Below the pieces are notes generated by a model that saw only the letters and a program-made list of their open reading frames with translations, had not been told where the DNA came from and ran no database searches. DNA of 64,000 nt from an uncultured Alphaproteobacteria bacterium. GTDB lineage: Bacteria > Pseudomonadota > Alphaproteobacteria > Micropepsales > Micropepsaceae. Numbering within the stretch: position 1 is the first letter of the stretch; every line of letters begins with the position of its first letter. The stretch covers positions 108,292 through 172,291 of the forward strand of contig CAVQKX010000001.1 of the NCBI GenBank assembly GCA_963713195.1, given 5' to 3'. Position numbers and translations under genes: made by a program. Positions 31,806-42,781 of this stretch are shown one piece after another.

Positions 31806-32478
31806 ATGGTTCGCTTCGAAAATGTCGGGATGAGGTATGGCGCGGGGCCCGAAGTGCTCCGAGACATCTCTTTTCGCCTGGAGCCCGGCTCCTTCACCTT
31901 CCTCACCGGGCTGTCGGGGGCGGGCAAGACGACCCTGCTCAAGCTGATCTTCCTGGCCGAGCCCCCTTCGCGCGGGCCTTATCTCCTTGTTCGGAAACGA
32001 TCTTGCGACCGCCCGGCGCGCCGATTTCCCGCCCATCCGGCGGCGGATCGGGGTGGTGTTTCAGGATTTCCGCCTGTTCGACCACCTTTCGGCCTTCGAC
32101 AATGTGGCCATGCCGCTCAAGCTCGCCGGCCGCAAGGAGGGCCAATATGCCCAGGATGTGGAGGAGCTTCTCTCCTGGGTCGGCCTCGGCGACCGGATGG
32201 ATGCCCCGCCCCACACCCTTTCGGGCGGCGAGCAGCAGCGCGTGGCGATTGCGCGCGCCGTGGTCGCCCGGCCCGACCTGCTGGTGGCCGACGAACCCAC
32301 CGGCAACGTCGATCCTGAAATGGGCGCCCGCCTGATCCGCCTCTTCGCCGAATTGAACCGGCTGGGCACCACCGTTCTGATCGCCACCCATGACCGCGCG
32401 CTGATCGAGCGCGTGAAGGCGCGCGAGATGCGGCTGGTGGATGGACGGCTGGTCGAAATGCGGGCGACGCGGCCATGA
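31806..32478 (+). CDS. ftsE: Cell division ATP-binding protein FtsE
   Basis: GLSGAGKTTLL, RRIGVVFQDFRL, LSGGEQQR, DEPTGNVD; one frameshift. Confidence 0.96.
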
Positions 32479-33368
32479 CCACCGCCCAGCTTCGTATCCT
32501 GCCGCGCGACCAGACGGCAGGCCCGCTCGACCTGATGATCGGCGTGATGGCGTTTCTTGCAGCTCTTGCGCTTGGCGCATCGCTGGTGGCCGACCGCGCG
32601 GCGCAAGGCTGGCGCTCGGGCCTTGCGGGACAATTGACCGTGCAGATCCTGCCGCCGCTCACCGGCCCTGCCGAAGACGCGCTCGAAAGAGAATCGCAAG
32701 CCGCGATCCGCATCCTTCAATCCACGCCCGGCATCGCCGTCGTCACGCCGGTCAGCCGCGCCGATGCGCTGAAACTCGTGGAGCCGTGGCTGGGCGCAGA
32801 TGCGATCATTGCCGATTTGCCGCTGCCGCGCCTGATCGACGCCAAGATCGTACCCGGTGCGGAAGTGGACGTGCCGTCCTTGCGCAAAAACCTTAAAGCC
32901 GCCGTGCCCGATGCGATGCTCGACGATCACAGCCAATGGATCGAACGCCTCAAGGGCCTTGCCAACACGGTGATATGGTCCGGGTACGGAATATTGCTGC
33001 TGATCGCGGTGGCCACTGCCGCAGCCGTGACGTTTGCGACGCGCGCAGGCCTGCAGGCTCATCGCGAGATCGTGGAATTGCTGCACCAGATGGGCGCGCA
33101 CCCGGGCTTCATTTCCAGAGCGTTCGAGCGGTACTATTTCCTCTCCGCACTTGCCGCATCTGCGATTGGCGCAGGCATTGCTGCTGTCGTGTTCGTGGCG
33201 GCGGGCGGATTGGAAATGGCGGGCTATGAAGCCGTGCCCTTCCTGCCGCCCATGTCGCTCAAACCGCTGGAAGCGTTGTGGCTGATTGCGGTGCCTGCCG
33301 GATCGAGCCTGATCGCCTGGGCGACAGCGCGGATTTCCGTCATGGCAGCTTTGCGGAAAATCTACTGA
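32475..33368 (+). CDS. ftsX: Cell division permease FtsX
   Basis: 4-TM layout, LPLPRLID, LDDHSQW, IVELLHQMGA; follows ftsE. Confidence 0.92.
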   Translation: MTTAQLRILPRDQTAGPLDLMIGVMAFLAALALGASLVADRAAQGWRSGLAGQLTVQILPPLTGPAEDALERESQAAIRILQSTPGIAVVTPVSRADALKLVEPWLGADAIIADLPLPRLIDAKIVPGAEVDVPSLRKNLKAAVPDAMLDDHSQWIERLKGLANTVIWSGYGILLLIAVATAAAVTFATRAGLQAHREIVELLHQMGAHPGFISRAFERYYFLSALAASAIGAGIAAVVFVAAGGLEMAGYEAVPFLPPMSLKPLEALWLIAVPAGSSLIAWATARISVMAALRKIY

Positions 33369-33974
33369 ATGCGCGCGCTTTTCTCGCTCATCGTGCTTGG
33401 CGCCATTGCCTATGTCGCGGGCCTTTTCCTGTTCGTGGACGATGTGAGCAAACCGCCGCCCGAGCCGCACAAGGCCGATGCCATCGTGGCATTGACCGGC
33501 GGGGAATTGCGCGTGGATCGCGCAGCCGCCCTGCTCGAACAGGGATTGGGCAAGCGGCTTCTCATCAGCGGTGTCGATCTTTCCGCGACCAAGGCCGACA
33601 TCAAGCGCCTCGCCCATGGCAGGGGGCGTTTCGATTGCTGCGCCGATCTGGGCTTTGTCGCCGCCGACACTCGCGGCAACGCACAGGAAACCGCCGACTG
33701 GGTGCTGACCCACGATTACAGAAGCCTGATCGTGGTGACCGCCAATTACCACATGCCGCGCACGCTCACGGAATTCACCGCCGCCATGCCGGGTGTCGCG
33801 CTCCAGCCCTATCCCGTGAAGCCGGAAGATATCGACTTCGTGCACTGGTGGCGCAATCCGCACACCTTGCGGCTGCTCAACGGCGAATATGCGAAATATC
33901 TGGCGAGCGTGGCGATGAACACGGTCATCAATCCGCTGTTGCGCAAACTCGATCACGAAACGAATCCCGCATGA
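33369..33974 (+). CDS. YdcF/DUF218 family protein
   Basis: ADAIVALTGG, LLISGV, TRGNAQE, VVTANYHMPR. Confidence 0.92.
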   Translation: MRALFSLIVLGAIAYVAGLFLFVDDVSKPPPEPHKADAIVALTGGELRVDRAAALLEQGLGKRLLISGVDLSATKADIKRLAHGRGRFDCCADLGFVAADTRGNAQETADWVLTHDYRSLIVVTANYHMPRTLTEFTAAMPGVALQPYPVKPEDIDFVHWWRNPHTLRLLNGEYAKYLASVAMNTVINPLLRKLDHETNPA

Positions 33975-34720
33975 CGATCCTTGTGCTGATCCGCTCGGCG
34001 ATTTTCTTTTTGTGGTTCGCCACTGCATCCACCGTACTGGGGCTTTCCTATGTGCCGCTGCTGATCCTGCCTTCGGTCGCGATGCGCCGGGCGGCATGGA
34101 TCTGGTGTCAGGCCGTGATCTGGGGCCTGAAGGTTTTCGCAGGCGTGCGCTACGAAGTGCGCGGCGACTGCCCGCGCGAGGCTCTGCTGGCCGCCTCCAA
34201 GCATATGAGCATGTGGGACACCATCGCGCTCTATGTGTTGCTCGACAGACCGGCCATGGTTTTCAAACGCGAACTCGGATTGATCCCGTTCTATGGCTGG
34301 TATGTGCGCAAGGCGCAGATGATCGCCATCGACCGCGAAGGCAAGGCAAGCGCGCTGCGCAAAATGTCGAACGATGCCAAAGCCATTCTCGCGCAACGCC
34401 GCAATGTGCTGATCTTCCCCGAAGGCACCCGCAAGAAACCGGGCGCACCACCCGACTACAAACCCGGCGTCGCGGGACTTTATGGTCAACTCGGCGTGCC
34501 GTGCCTGCCCATCGCACTCAATTCCGGCCTGTTCTGGACCGGCCCCGGCGGCTTCCTGAAAAAACCCGGCACCATCGTGGTCGAATTCCTGCCGCTGATC
34601 CCGCCGGGCCTGAAGCGCGCCGAGTTCATGGAAACGATGCAGACGCGCATCGAAACAGCGACAGCGAAACTGATCGCCGAAGGTCGCGCAGAACTCACGG
34701 CCAAAGGTTTATCTATCTGA
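33971..34720 (+). CDS. plsC: 1-acyl-sn-glycerol-3-phosphate acyltransferase
   Basis: SKHMSMWD, KRELGLIP, IFPEGTR, PIALNSG. Confidence 0.92.
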   Translation: MTILVLIRSAIFFLWFATASTVLGLSYVPLLILPSVAMRRAAWIWCQAVIWGLKVFAGVRYEVRGDCPREALLAASKHMSMWDTIALYVLLDRPAMVFKRELGLIPFYGWYVRKAQMIAIDREGKASALRKMSNDAKAILAQRRNVLIFPEGTRKKPGAPPDYKPGVAGLYGQLGVPCLPIALNSGLFWTGPGGFLKKPGTIVVEFLPLIPPGLKRAEFMETMQTRIETATAKLIAEGRAELTAKGLSI

Positions 34721-34727
34721 TGAATTT

Positions 34728-34922
34728 TCTTACCGCCCCCCACGCGGGGCGGTCGGCGACTCTGAGCGACAGCGAAGAGTCGGCGGGCGGGGGCTGTCTC
34801 CACGAACTCTATGCAGAAGAAGAGTGGCCTGCTTCGAGCGCGAAATTCGTTTCGCAGACCTTCCTTGTTGAAGCATCCCGCCGCGCTTCGCGCATCGACC
34901 TCCCCGCGTTGGGGAGGTAAGG
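34728..34922. repeat. REPIN/MITE-like palindromic element, subfamily B2
   Basis: TCTTACCGCCCCCCACGCGGGGCGGTCG (exact reverse complement of 21252-21279) ... TCGACCTCCCCGCGTTGGGGAGGTAAGG. Confidence 0.88.
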
Positions 34923-34933
34923 CTATACAATAA

Positions 34934-34948
34934 GAACAATAAGAGAAC
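34934..34948. promoter_or_regulatory. Alphaproteobacterial LexA (SOS) box
   Basis: GAAC-aataaga-GAAC matches GAAC-N7-GAAC, ~140 bp upstream of nrdJ. Confidence 0.6.
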
Positions 34949-35087
34949 GAACATTGCCTTAAGGCCCGTTCCGCATTATATTTCTGTTCCAGGGTTCTTG
35001 CCCCGGCGGGCGGGTACCCCACCCCTCCCCCATCGCAAAAAACCCAAAAACAAATAGCTGTAGGAAGGCCTTGGCGGGATACCAGAT

Positions 35088-37373
35088 ATGACCGAAATCT
35101 CCCGCCAGATCTGGGACATGAAATACCGGCTGAAAGCGCCGGACGGTACGCCGCTCGAAAAAGACGTAGCCGAAAGCTGGTCGCGCGTGGCCCGCGCCGC
35201 GGCACAGGCCGAGACGCAAGATAGTCGTCAGGAATGGGCGCAGAGTTTCGGCGAGGCATTGGCCGGCCACCGCTTCCTGCCTGCGGGCCGCATCCTTGCC
35301 GGCGCCGGCACAGACCGAAGCGTGACCCTGTTCAACTGTTTCGTGATGGGCCGCATCGCAGATTCAATGGATGGCATCTTCTCGCATCTGCGCGAGGCGG
35401 CGCTGACGCTGCAACAGGGCGGCGGCATCGGTTACGATTTCTCGAGCCTGCGCCCCAAAGGTGCGCCGGTTGCGGGTGTGGCCGCGGATGCTTCCGGCCC
35501 CGTATCGTTCATGGACGTGTGGGATGCGATGTGCCGCACCATCATGAGCGCGGGCAGCCGCCGCGGCGCGATGATGGCGACACTTTCCTGCGATCACCCC
35601 GACATCGAACTCTTCATAGACGCAAAGCGGCAAGCGGGCCGCCTTTCGATGTTCAACCTCTCGGTGCTCGCAACCGATCCCTTCATGGATGCGGTGAAGG
35701 CGGATTCGAACTGGGATCTCAAATTCGACGGCAAGATTTACAAGACTTTGCGCGCCCGCGAATTGTGGGACCGCATCATGCGCGCGACCTATGACGCCGC
35801 CGAACCCGGCGTGATCTTCATCGACCGCATCAACCACGAAAACAACCTTGCCTATTGCGAAACGATTTCCGCGACCAATCCTTGCGCCGAACAGCCGTTG
35901 CCGCCTTATGGTGCGTGCCTCTTGGGTTCGATCAATCTCGCCAGGCTGGTGACAAATCCGTTTGACGACAACGCGGCACTCGATGAAGCAGAGCTTGCGC
36001 GTCTTACCCGCACCGCCGTGCGCATGCTCGACAACGTGATCGACATTTCGCGCTTTCCGCTGGAGGCGCAGCGCGCCGAGGCGGTGGCAAAGCGGCGTAT
36101 CGGGTTGGGCGTCACGGGACTGGCGGATGCGCTGATCTTCTGTCGCGTGCGCTATGGATCGCCGGAAAGCCTTGTGCTGATTGACCGCTGGCTTTCGGTG
36201 TTGAGCCACGCGGCTTATGAAGCCTCTGCCGATATTGCGGCAGAGAAAGGTGCGTTTCCGCTGTTCGACGCGCAGGAATTCCTTTCGCGGCCCTTCGTGC
36301 AGCGATTGCCGCAGAACATTCGCGAGAAGATTGCGGCGCACGGCATTCGCAACGGGCTCATCACCTCCATCGCACCGACCGGGACGATCTCGTTGTTCGC
36401 CGACAATGTGTCGAGCGGCATCGAGCCCGTGTTCGCGTGGAGCTTCACCCGCCAGGTGCTGCGCGGCGACGGCACGCGCAGCGAAGAGAAGGTGAGCGAT
36501 TATGCCTGGCGCGCCTTCCGCGCGCGCTTTGGCGAGGATGCTGCCCTGCCGGATTATTTCGTGAGCGCGCAGGAGCTTTCGCCCGACGATCATCTTGCCG
36601 TTCAGGCCGCAGCGCAGAAACACATCGACAGTTCGATTTCGAAAACCATCAACGTGCCGGAGGGCATTTCGTTCGAGGCGTTCAAGGATGTGTACCTGAA
36701 AGCCTATGAAACGGGCTGCAAGGGCTGCACCACCTATCGCCCCAACGCGATCACCGGGGCAGTGCTGCAAGCGGTGGTGGAAGCCGGACCTGCAGAGGAA
36801 TCCGATCAGCCGAGCCTGCCGCTTCCCCTGCCGCGCGGCGATGTCGTCTACATGACGCGGCCGCTGGATCGCCCCGAATTGCTCACGGGGCAAACCTACA
36901 AAATCAAATGGCTGGATCTGGATCATGCGTTCTACATCACCATCAACGATATCGAGCAGGATGGGCGCAGGCGTCCCTTCGAGATCTTCATCAACTCGAA
37001 GAACATGGAGGCCTATGCCTGGACGGTGGCGCTGACCCGCATGGTGAGTGCGGTGTTCCGGCGCGGCGGAGATGTTTCGTTCGTGGTCGATGAGTTGAAG
37101 GCCGTGTTCGATCCGCGCGGCGGGCAATGGATGGGCGGGCGTTATGTGCCCTCGCTTCTGGCCGCCATCGGCGAGGTGATCGAGCGCCATCTGGTGGCGA
37201 CCGGCTTCATGAGCCCGCGCGAGACCGTGGTGCCGCGGCAAGAACGCCGGGCGGTGGCTGTTGCCGCCGAAGGGGCGCCCGCGCGCTATTGTCCGCGCTG
37301 TTCCTCGCCCAGTTTTGTGAAGATCGAGGGATGCGACACTTGCCTCTCTTGCGGCTACTCGCGCTGCGGGTAA
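35088..37373 (+). CDS. nrdJ: Adenosylcobalamin-dependent (class II) ribonucleotide reductase
   Basis: FLPAGRIL, TLFNCFV, RRGAMM, TNPCAEQPLPPYGACLLGSINL, IAPTGTIS, C-terminal TSCPD-like domain with CPRC...CLSCGYSRC. Confidence 0.96.
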   Translation: MTEISRQIWDMKYRLKAPDGTPLEKDVAESWSRVARAAAQAETQDSRQEWAQSFGEALAGHRFLPAGRILAGAGTDRSVTLFNCFVMGRIADSMDGIFSHLREAALTLQQGGGIGYDFSSLRPKGAPVAGVAADASGPVSFMDVWDAMCRTIMSAGSRRGAMMATLSCDHPDIELFIDAKRQAGRLSMFNLSVLATDPFMDAVKADSNWDLKFDGKIYKTLRARELWDRIMRATYDAAEPGVIFIDRINHENNLAYCETISATNPCAEQPLPPYGACLLGSINLARLVTNPFDDNAALDEAELARLTRTAVRMLDNVIDISRFPLEAQRAEAVAKRRIGLGVTGLADALIFCRVRYGSPESLVLIDRWLSVLSHAAYEASADIAAEKGAFPLFDAQEFLSRPFVQRLPQNIREKIAAHGIRNGLITSIAPTGTISLFADNVSSGIEPVFAWSFTRQVLRGDGTRSEEKVSDYAWRAFRARFGEDAALPDYFVSAQELSPDDHLAVQAAAQKHIDSSISKTINVPEGISFEAFKDVYLKAYETGCKGCTTYRPNAITGAVLQAVVEAGPAEESDQPSLPLPLPRGDVVYMTRPLDRPELLTGQTYKIKWLDLDHAFYITINDIEQDGRRRPFEIFINSKNMEAYAWTVALTRMVSAVFRRGGDVSFVVDELKAVFDPRGGQWMGGRYVPSLLAAIGEVIERHLVATGFMSPRETVVPRQERRAVAVAAEGAPARYCPRCSSPSFVKIEGCDTCLSCGYSRCG

Positions 37374-37383
37374 ACGAAGCCCG

Positions 37384-38223
37384 ATGCGCTATTCCAGCCG
37401 CTTCTTCCTTTATGCCCCATTCTGCCTCTTCGTCATCCTGGCGGTGGCGGTGGGCGTGCAATGGTGGCGCGAGGCCGGCGCATGGACCAAGCAGATCGAC
37501 GCGCTGAACGGCCATGAAATCAGTCCCGGTGTGACGCTGCATTTTTCGTCGCGCCAGATCGCAGGCTTCCCGTTCCGCGTCGATACGATTTTCAAGGATT
37601 TCCGCCTCTCCTTCGCAGGCCCGCGCGCCTTCCAGTGGCAGACGGAAAATTTCGCGCTGCATCGCCTGAGCTATGGCAGCGGCAAGACGGTATTCGAAGC
37701 GGGCGGCAAGCAAACCTTCTCGTGGATCGGAAGCGATACCAGGCCGGGCCATTTCGCATTCCTGCCCGGCAGCATCCGCGCCGACGCCATTACCGCCAAC
37801 GGCAAGCTGACGCGTTTCGATCTCGTGCTCGTGGCATTCGATTCGCCCAGGGTCACGGCAGGCCGCATCGAAGTGCACCTGCGCCACGATCCTAAAGCCG
37901 ATGCGCTCGATCTTGTGGCGTTCGCGGAGAGCCTTTCCCTGCCGCAGCAAAAGCCACTCCTCTACGCCAAGATGGATTCGCGTATCACCATGGCGCAATT
38001 CCTCAAGGGCCTGATGTCTGGCGATGCAGATTGGCGCACGGCCCTTGAAGCCTGGCGCGGCGGCGAGGGACGCATCGAACTCATCGATGTGCAATCCAAA
38101 GAGAAATATGCCGCCACCGATACGACGGGCCGCATGATGATCGATGGCCAGCACCAGCTCGCCGGCACATTGGCGAAAGAGATGTTCGGCCTTTCGAAAC
38201 TCGGCACCGCGCCGCTTTATTGA
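37384..38223 (+). CDS. DUF2125-like protein
   Basis: N-terminal TM anchor, IAGFPFRVD, LEAWRGGEGRIEL. Confidence 0.65.
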   Translation: MRYSSRFFLYAPFCLFVILAVAVGVQWWREAGAWTKQIDALNGHEISPGVTLHFSSRQIAGFPFRVDTIFKDFRLSFAGPRAFQWQTENFALHRLSYGSGKTVFEAGGKQTFSWIGSDTRPGHFAFLPGSIRADAITANGKLTRFDLVLVAFDSPRVTAGRIEVHLRHDPKADALDLVAFAESLSLPQQKPLLYAKMDSRITMAQFLKGLMSGDADWRTALEAWRGGEGRIELIDVQSKEKYAATDTTGRMMIDGQHQLAGTLAKEMFGLSKLGTAPLY

Positions 38224-39149
38224 GGCTTCTTGTTGCGGCCGAAATTCGGCACCGCGCTATCCTGACCCGCATCGACGATGCTGCGCCTGATGGCGCGCGT
38301 GCGCGTGAAGAGGTTGAACAGCGCATCCCCATCGCCCCAGCGGATCGCACGCTGCAACGCGCTCAAATCCTCGCTGAAGCGCCCCAGCACTTCGAGCACC
38401 GCATCGCGATTGTTGAGAAACACATCGCGCCACATGGTCGGATCGGACGCCGCGATACGCGTGAAATCGCGAAAGCCGCCTGCGGAATATTTGATCACTT
38501 CGCTCTCGGTCACCGCTTCCAGATCGTCTGCCGTGCCCACGATATTGTAGGCGATCAGATGCGGAACATGGCTCGTGATGGCAAGTACCAGATCGTGATG
38601 CTTTGGGTCCATCACATCGACATTGCTGCCGCAACGCTGCCAGAATTCCTTGAGCTTCTCGATTGCCTGCGGATCGGTGCCGGGCGGCGGCGTCAGAATG
38701 CACCAGCGGTTGTCGAACAATTCGGCAAACCCCGCCTCGGGCCCGGATTGTTCGGTACCCGCAATCGGATGCGCCGGAATGAAATGCACGCCTTCGGGGA
38801 TGTGCGGTCCGACATCGCGCACCACCGCGGTTTTCACCGAACCAACATCGGTGACGATCGCGCCGGGCTTCAGTGCGCCTGCGATCTCCTTGGCAATCGC
38901 GCCGAAGCTGCCGACCGGCGTTGCTAGGACCACGAGATCGGCATCACGCACCGCCGAAACGGGATCGCCATGCAGCGAATCCGCAAAGCCAACCTTCTTC
39001 GCGGCGTCCAGCGTTTCCGGGCGGCGCGCATATCCCGCGATGTGGGCTGCGAGCCCGGCGCGGCGCATCGCGTGCGCCATCGACGAGCCGATCAGGCCCA
39101 CGCCAAGCAATGCCACTTTGGCAAAAAGCGGTTTGGAACCGGTATTCAT
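38217..39149 (-). CDS. tyrC: Cyclohexadienyl/prephenate dehydrogenase
   Basis: [46 protein letters not shown]. Confidence 0.94.
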   Translation of the reverse strand: MNTGSKPLFAKVALLGVGLIGSSMAHAMRRAGLAAHIAGYARRPETLDAAKKVGFADSLHGDPVSAVRDADLVVLATPVGSFGAIAKEIAGALKPGAIVTDVGSVKTAVVRDVGPHIPEGVHFIPAHPIAGTEQSGPEAGFAELFDNRWCILTPPPGTDPQAIEKLKEFWQRCGSNVDVMDPKHHDLVLAITSHVPHLIAYNIVGTADDLEAVTESEVIKYSAGGFRDFTRIAASDPTMWRDVFLNNRDAVLEVLGRFSEDLSALQRAIRWGDGDALFNLFTRTRAIRRSIVDAGQDSAVPNFGRNKKPQ

Positions 39150-40279
39150 TTGGCACTCATGAATTCGGCCAAAGTTTTCACCACCGACCGGTTGGCTTCT
39201 TCGGTTCCAACCGTCAGCCGCAGGCATTGCGGCAAACCGTAATTGCCGACAGCCCGCAAGATCAATCCGCGAGAAGATAGAAACGCGTCGGCGGCATCCG
39301 CCGTCTTTTTATCCGCAAAATGGATCAGCATGAAATTTCCCACGCTGTCATCCACACGCAGGCCCAGCTTGCGGATTTCTTCCGTCAGCCAGGCAAGCCA
39401 ACGCGCATTATGCTCCACCGACTTGTCGATGTGGGCGCGATCTCTCACCGCCGCCGCCGCCGCAAGTTGCTGGGGCATGGAAACATTGAACGGCCCGCGA
39501 ATCCGGTTCAGCACATCGGCGACCTTGGCCGGGCAATAGGCCCAGCCGACACGCAATCCTCCAAGCCCAAGCTTGGAGAAGGTGCGCGTCATCACGACAT
39601 TGTTGAAGTTCGCCACCATCTCGATGCCGGATTCATAATCGTTCCGGCGAACATATTCCGCATATGCCGCATCGATTACCAGCAGGATGTCGGGGCGCAA
39701 TCCCGCATGCAGGCGGCGCACTTCGCTGTGCGGCAGATAGGTGCCTGTGGGGTTGTTCGGATTGGCGAGATAGACGATCCGCGTTCTGGGCGTCACCGCG
39801 GCCAGTATCGCATCCACATCGGCCCGCAGATCCTTCTCCGGCACGATCACCGGCACCGCGCTGTTGGCCAATGTGATGATTTTGTAAATCACAAAGGCAT
39901 GCTCGGTGAAGATCACCTCGTCGCCGGCCCTGAGATAGGCATTTCCCAGCATCTTCAGCAATTCGTCCGAACCATCGCCGCCGCAAACGATGCGCGCAGG
40001 GTCCAGCCCGAAGGTCGCGCCGATCGCCTCGCGCAGAACCCGCGCGCTTCCTTCCGGATAGTGTTCAAGGTTATTCCGGGCCTCGGCATAGGCGGCAACC
40101 GCAGCCGGGCTCGGACCCAGGGGATTTTCGTTGGCGGAAAGCTTGTGGACCTTTGCCGCGCCCGGCGCGCTCGCCCGGCCGCCGACATAGGGCGCGATGT
40201 CCAGGACACCGGGCTTGGGCATGGGCTCTGCGGGCGGCGAAGGCATGGTTTTCTGGCTCTTTTTCGGGGGCGCATTCAT
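39146..40279 (-). CDS. hisC: Histidinol-phosphate aminotransferase
   Basis: [30 protein letters not shown]...LRVGW. Confidence 0.95.
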   Translation of the reverse strand: MNAPPKKSQKTMPSPPAEPMPKPGVLDIAPYVGGRASAPGAAKVHKLSANENPLGPSPAAVAAYAEARNNLEHYPEGSARVLREAIGATFGLDPARIVCGGDGSDELLKMLGNAYLRAGDEVIFTEHAFVIYKIITLANSAVPVIVPEKDLRADVDAILAAVTPRTRIVYLANPNNPTGTYLPHSEVRRLHAGLRPDILLVIDAAYAEYVRRNDYESGIEMVANFNNVVMTRTFSKLGLGGLRVGWAYCPAKVADVLNRIRGPFNVSMPQQLAAAAAVRDRAHIDKSVEHNARWLAWLTEEIRKLGLRVDDSVGNFMLIHFADKKTADAADAFLSSRGLILRAVGNYGLPQCLRLTVGTEEANRSVVKTLAEFMSAK

Positions 40280-40386
40280 AAGGCGGGGGACGGCAAAAGC
40301 AAAGTTCTGCCCGCTATTCGTTGACAGGGGGGCAACGCGGCCTTAGCAAACGGCGCTCCGGTGGGTTATCGGCAAGCGAGTGAGCG

Positions 40387-41566
40387 ATGGCGGAAACCGC
40401 CAATCCGAAATTCCTGCGTCCCGTGCTGGCGCCCGATGTCGATCCGGGGCACGCCATCACCTTTGGCTCGGACAGGCCGCTGCTGCTGGATGCCGGGCGC
40501 GAGCTAAGTCCGTTCACCGTCGCCTACATGACCTATGGAATGCTCAACGAAGCACGCTCCAATGCCGTGCTTGTCTGTCATGCGCTGACGCTCGATCAAT
40601 TTGCGGCGAGCCCGAACCCGGTGACCGGCAAGCCCGGCTGGTGGAGCACGCTGATCGGACCGGGCAAATCCATCGACACCGATCGCTTCTTCGTCGTCTG
40701 CGCCAATGTGGTCGGCGGCTGCATGGGAACCACCGGTCCCGCCGAAATCGATCCCGACGACCGGCAAGCCTTTCGGGCTTTCGTTTCCGCGTCGTCACCA
40801 TCAAGGACATGGTGCGGGCCCAAGCCATGCTGCTCGACGCGCTGGGCATCGACAAGGTGCTTTGCGTTATCGGCGGCTCGATGGGCGGAATGCAGGTGCT
40901 GCAATGGGTGGCGAGCTATCCCGAACGCGTGATCTCGGCAATTCCCATGGCGACTGCCGCCAACCACTCCGCGCAGAACATCGCGTTTCCACGAAGTCGG
41001 CCGGCAGGCGATCATGGCCGATCCGAACTGGAACGGCGGGGCCTATCAGCTCGAGGGCATCCAGCCGTCCAAGGGGCTGGCGGTCGCGCGCATGGCCGCC
41101 CACATCACCTATCTTTCCGAAACCGCGCTGCAGCGGAAGTTCGGGCGCAATCTGCAGAACCGCAATGCGATCTCGTTCGGCTTCGGCCCGGATTTCCAGA
41201 TCGAATCGTATCTGCATCATCAGGGCATGACCTTCGTCGACAGGTTCGATGCCAATTCCTATCTCTACATCACCCGCGCGATGGATTATTTCGATCTCGC
41301 GGCAGATTATGGCGGCGTTCTGGCGGAAGCGTTTCGCGGAAGCGAAGACGCGCTTCTGCATCGTGTCGTTCACCAGCGATTGGCTGTTTCCGACGGTGGA
41401 GAACAAACACATCGCCCATGCGCTGAATGCGGCCGCCGCCAATGTGAGCTTCGTGGAAATCGCAACCGACCGCGGCCATGATGCTTTCCTGCTCGATGAG
41501 CCGGAAATGTTTGCAACCGTGCGCGGCTTCCTCAATTCCGTCGCCGCCAGCCACGGCGTGAAATGA
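40387..41566 (+). CDS. metX: Homoserine O-acetyltransferase
   Basis: [39 protein letters not shown]; three frameshifts. Confidence 0.95.
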
Positions 41567-42189
41567 CGAACCCGCTGCGCCCCGACCTTGTGGCCATTGC
41601 GGAGGCGATACCGAGAAACGCGCGCGTGCTCGATATCGGCTGCGGCGACGGCGCGCTGCTCGAACATCTGGCCGAGACCAAGAATGTGGATGGGCGCGGG
41701 CTCGAACTTTCGCAGCAGAATGTGAACGCCTGCGTGACGCGCGGGCTTTCGGTGGTGCAGGGAGATGCCGATACCGATCTGGGCGATTATCCTGCGCAGA
41801 TCTTCGACGTCGTCATTCTGAGCCAGACCATCCAGGCGACGCGTTCACCGAAGACCGTGCTGTCACAGCTTTTGCGCATCGGCAAGCTGACAGCCGTATC
41901 GTTCCCGAATTTCGGGCATTGGCGCGTGCGGCTTTCGCTGCTCGCAAACGGGCGGATGCCGCAGACCAAGGCCCTCGGCTATTCCTGGCACGAGACGCCA
42001 AACATCCACCTTTGCACCATCGCAGATTTCGTGGCGCTGACCGAAGAAGCCGGTGGCGTGGTCGAAAGCGCGCTTGCGCTTCGCGAAGACGGTCATACCC
42101 AGGCGATGCAGGCCCATGCCTGGGGCCCGAACCTGTTTGCCGAGGGCGCGATCTTCTTTCTCAGGTCGAAGAGCGCGTCCCCGGCATAG
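41563..42189 (+). CDS. metW: Methionine biosynthesis protein MetW
   Basis: [33 protein letters not shown]. Confidence 0.96.
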   Translation: MTNPLRPDLVAIAEAIPRNARVLDIGCGDGALLEHLAETKNVDGRGLELSQQNVNACVTRGLSVVQGDADTDLGDYPAQIFDVVILSQTIQATRSPKTVLSQLLRIGKLTAVSFPNFGHWRVRLSLLANGRMPQTKALGYSWHETPNIHLCTIADFVALTEEAGGVVESALALREDGHTQAMQAHAWGPNLFAEGAIFFLRSKSASPA

Positions 42190-42193
42190 GGAT

Positions 42194-42484
42194 TCAGTGC
42201 ACGGCTGCCGTTGCGCTGCCGCCGATGATCTTCAGGGCGGCTTCGTAGTGCGACATGCCGGCCTTGTAGAAGCCCTTCATGCAATAGTCAGAGCCCGTCT
42301 TCTGCTCTTGCGTGGCAGAGTCGTAGGCCGAGCCTTGCTGATGGGTGGCAAGCGCGTCCTTCACCTGCTTGGACATCTTCATGCAGTTGAGCGATGTGGC
42401 CGCTTCGTTCGCCGTGGCGCTGGTGCCATACGCGGCAATACCACCTGCAACAAGAATGGCGGCTGCAATTTTGGAAATAGACAT
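42194..42484 (-). CDS. Small secreted helical protein with two Cys
   Basis: Signal peptide, GGAG RBS, NCMKM...DYCMKG. Confidence 0.75.
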   Translation of the reverse strand: MSISKIAAAILVAGGIAAYGTSATANEAATSLNCMKMSKQVKDALATHQQGSAYDSATQEQKTGSDYCMKGFYKAGMSHYEAALKIIGGSATAAVH

Positions 42485-42735
42485 GGACTCCCTCCGTCTT
42501 TACTCGCGGTTTCCGGCAATTGCGCCGGCACGAATGGAGATAGTCGCAACTGCGCTAAAGGGAAGGGCACAATAGCGTGATTGAGTCACTTCGCCGTGAG
42601 GCGCGACTGCGCAATGTGCGCGAAGCAATGCGCAGCGGGGATGTCGCAAGCCTTGCGTTCAGCGCACGCCTTCCATGCGCAAAACTTATCGCTTCACACC
42701 AGTGTGAACGCTGCTGCGCGCGCCAAAAAGCTTAA

Positions 42736-42781
42736 CAAAAGAAAACGGCACCGGCCCGCGTACGCCCGCGAACCGATGCCG
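42736..42781 (-). terminator. Rho-independent terminator
   Basis: Minus strand CGGCAUCGGUUCGCG-ggcgua-CGCGGGCCGGUGCCG then UUUUCUUUUG. Confidence 0.75.

Noticed and set aside
33278-34720. 480-aa fusion ORF ending in plsC
   Set aside because: The N-terminal half is an alternative frame over YdcF; the real plsC start is the ATGA overlap at 33971
34923-35087. Cobalamin riboswitch or NrdR boxes before nrdJ
   Set aside because: No B12-box or convincing NrdR palindrome seen by eye
35870-35895. NrdJ active-site NPCAE instead of NPCGE, or an intein
   Set aside because: Small-residue variation is tolerated, the catalytic Asn/Cys/Glu are intact and there is no insertion
40280-40386. SAM riboswitch upstream of metX
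   Set aside because: Only ~30 nt of leader follow the TTGACA-type promoter and no SAM-II or SAM-SAH consensus was recognisable
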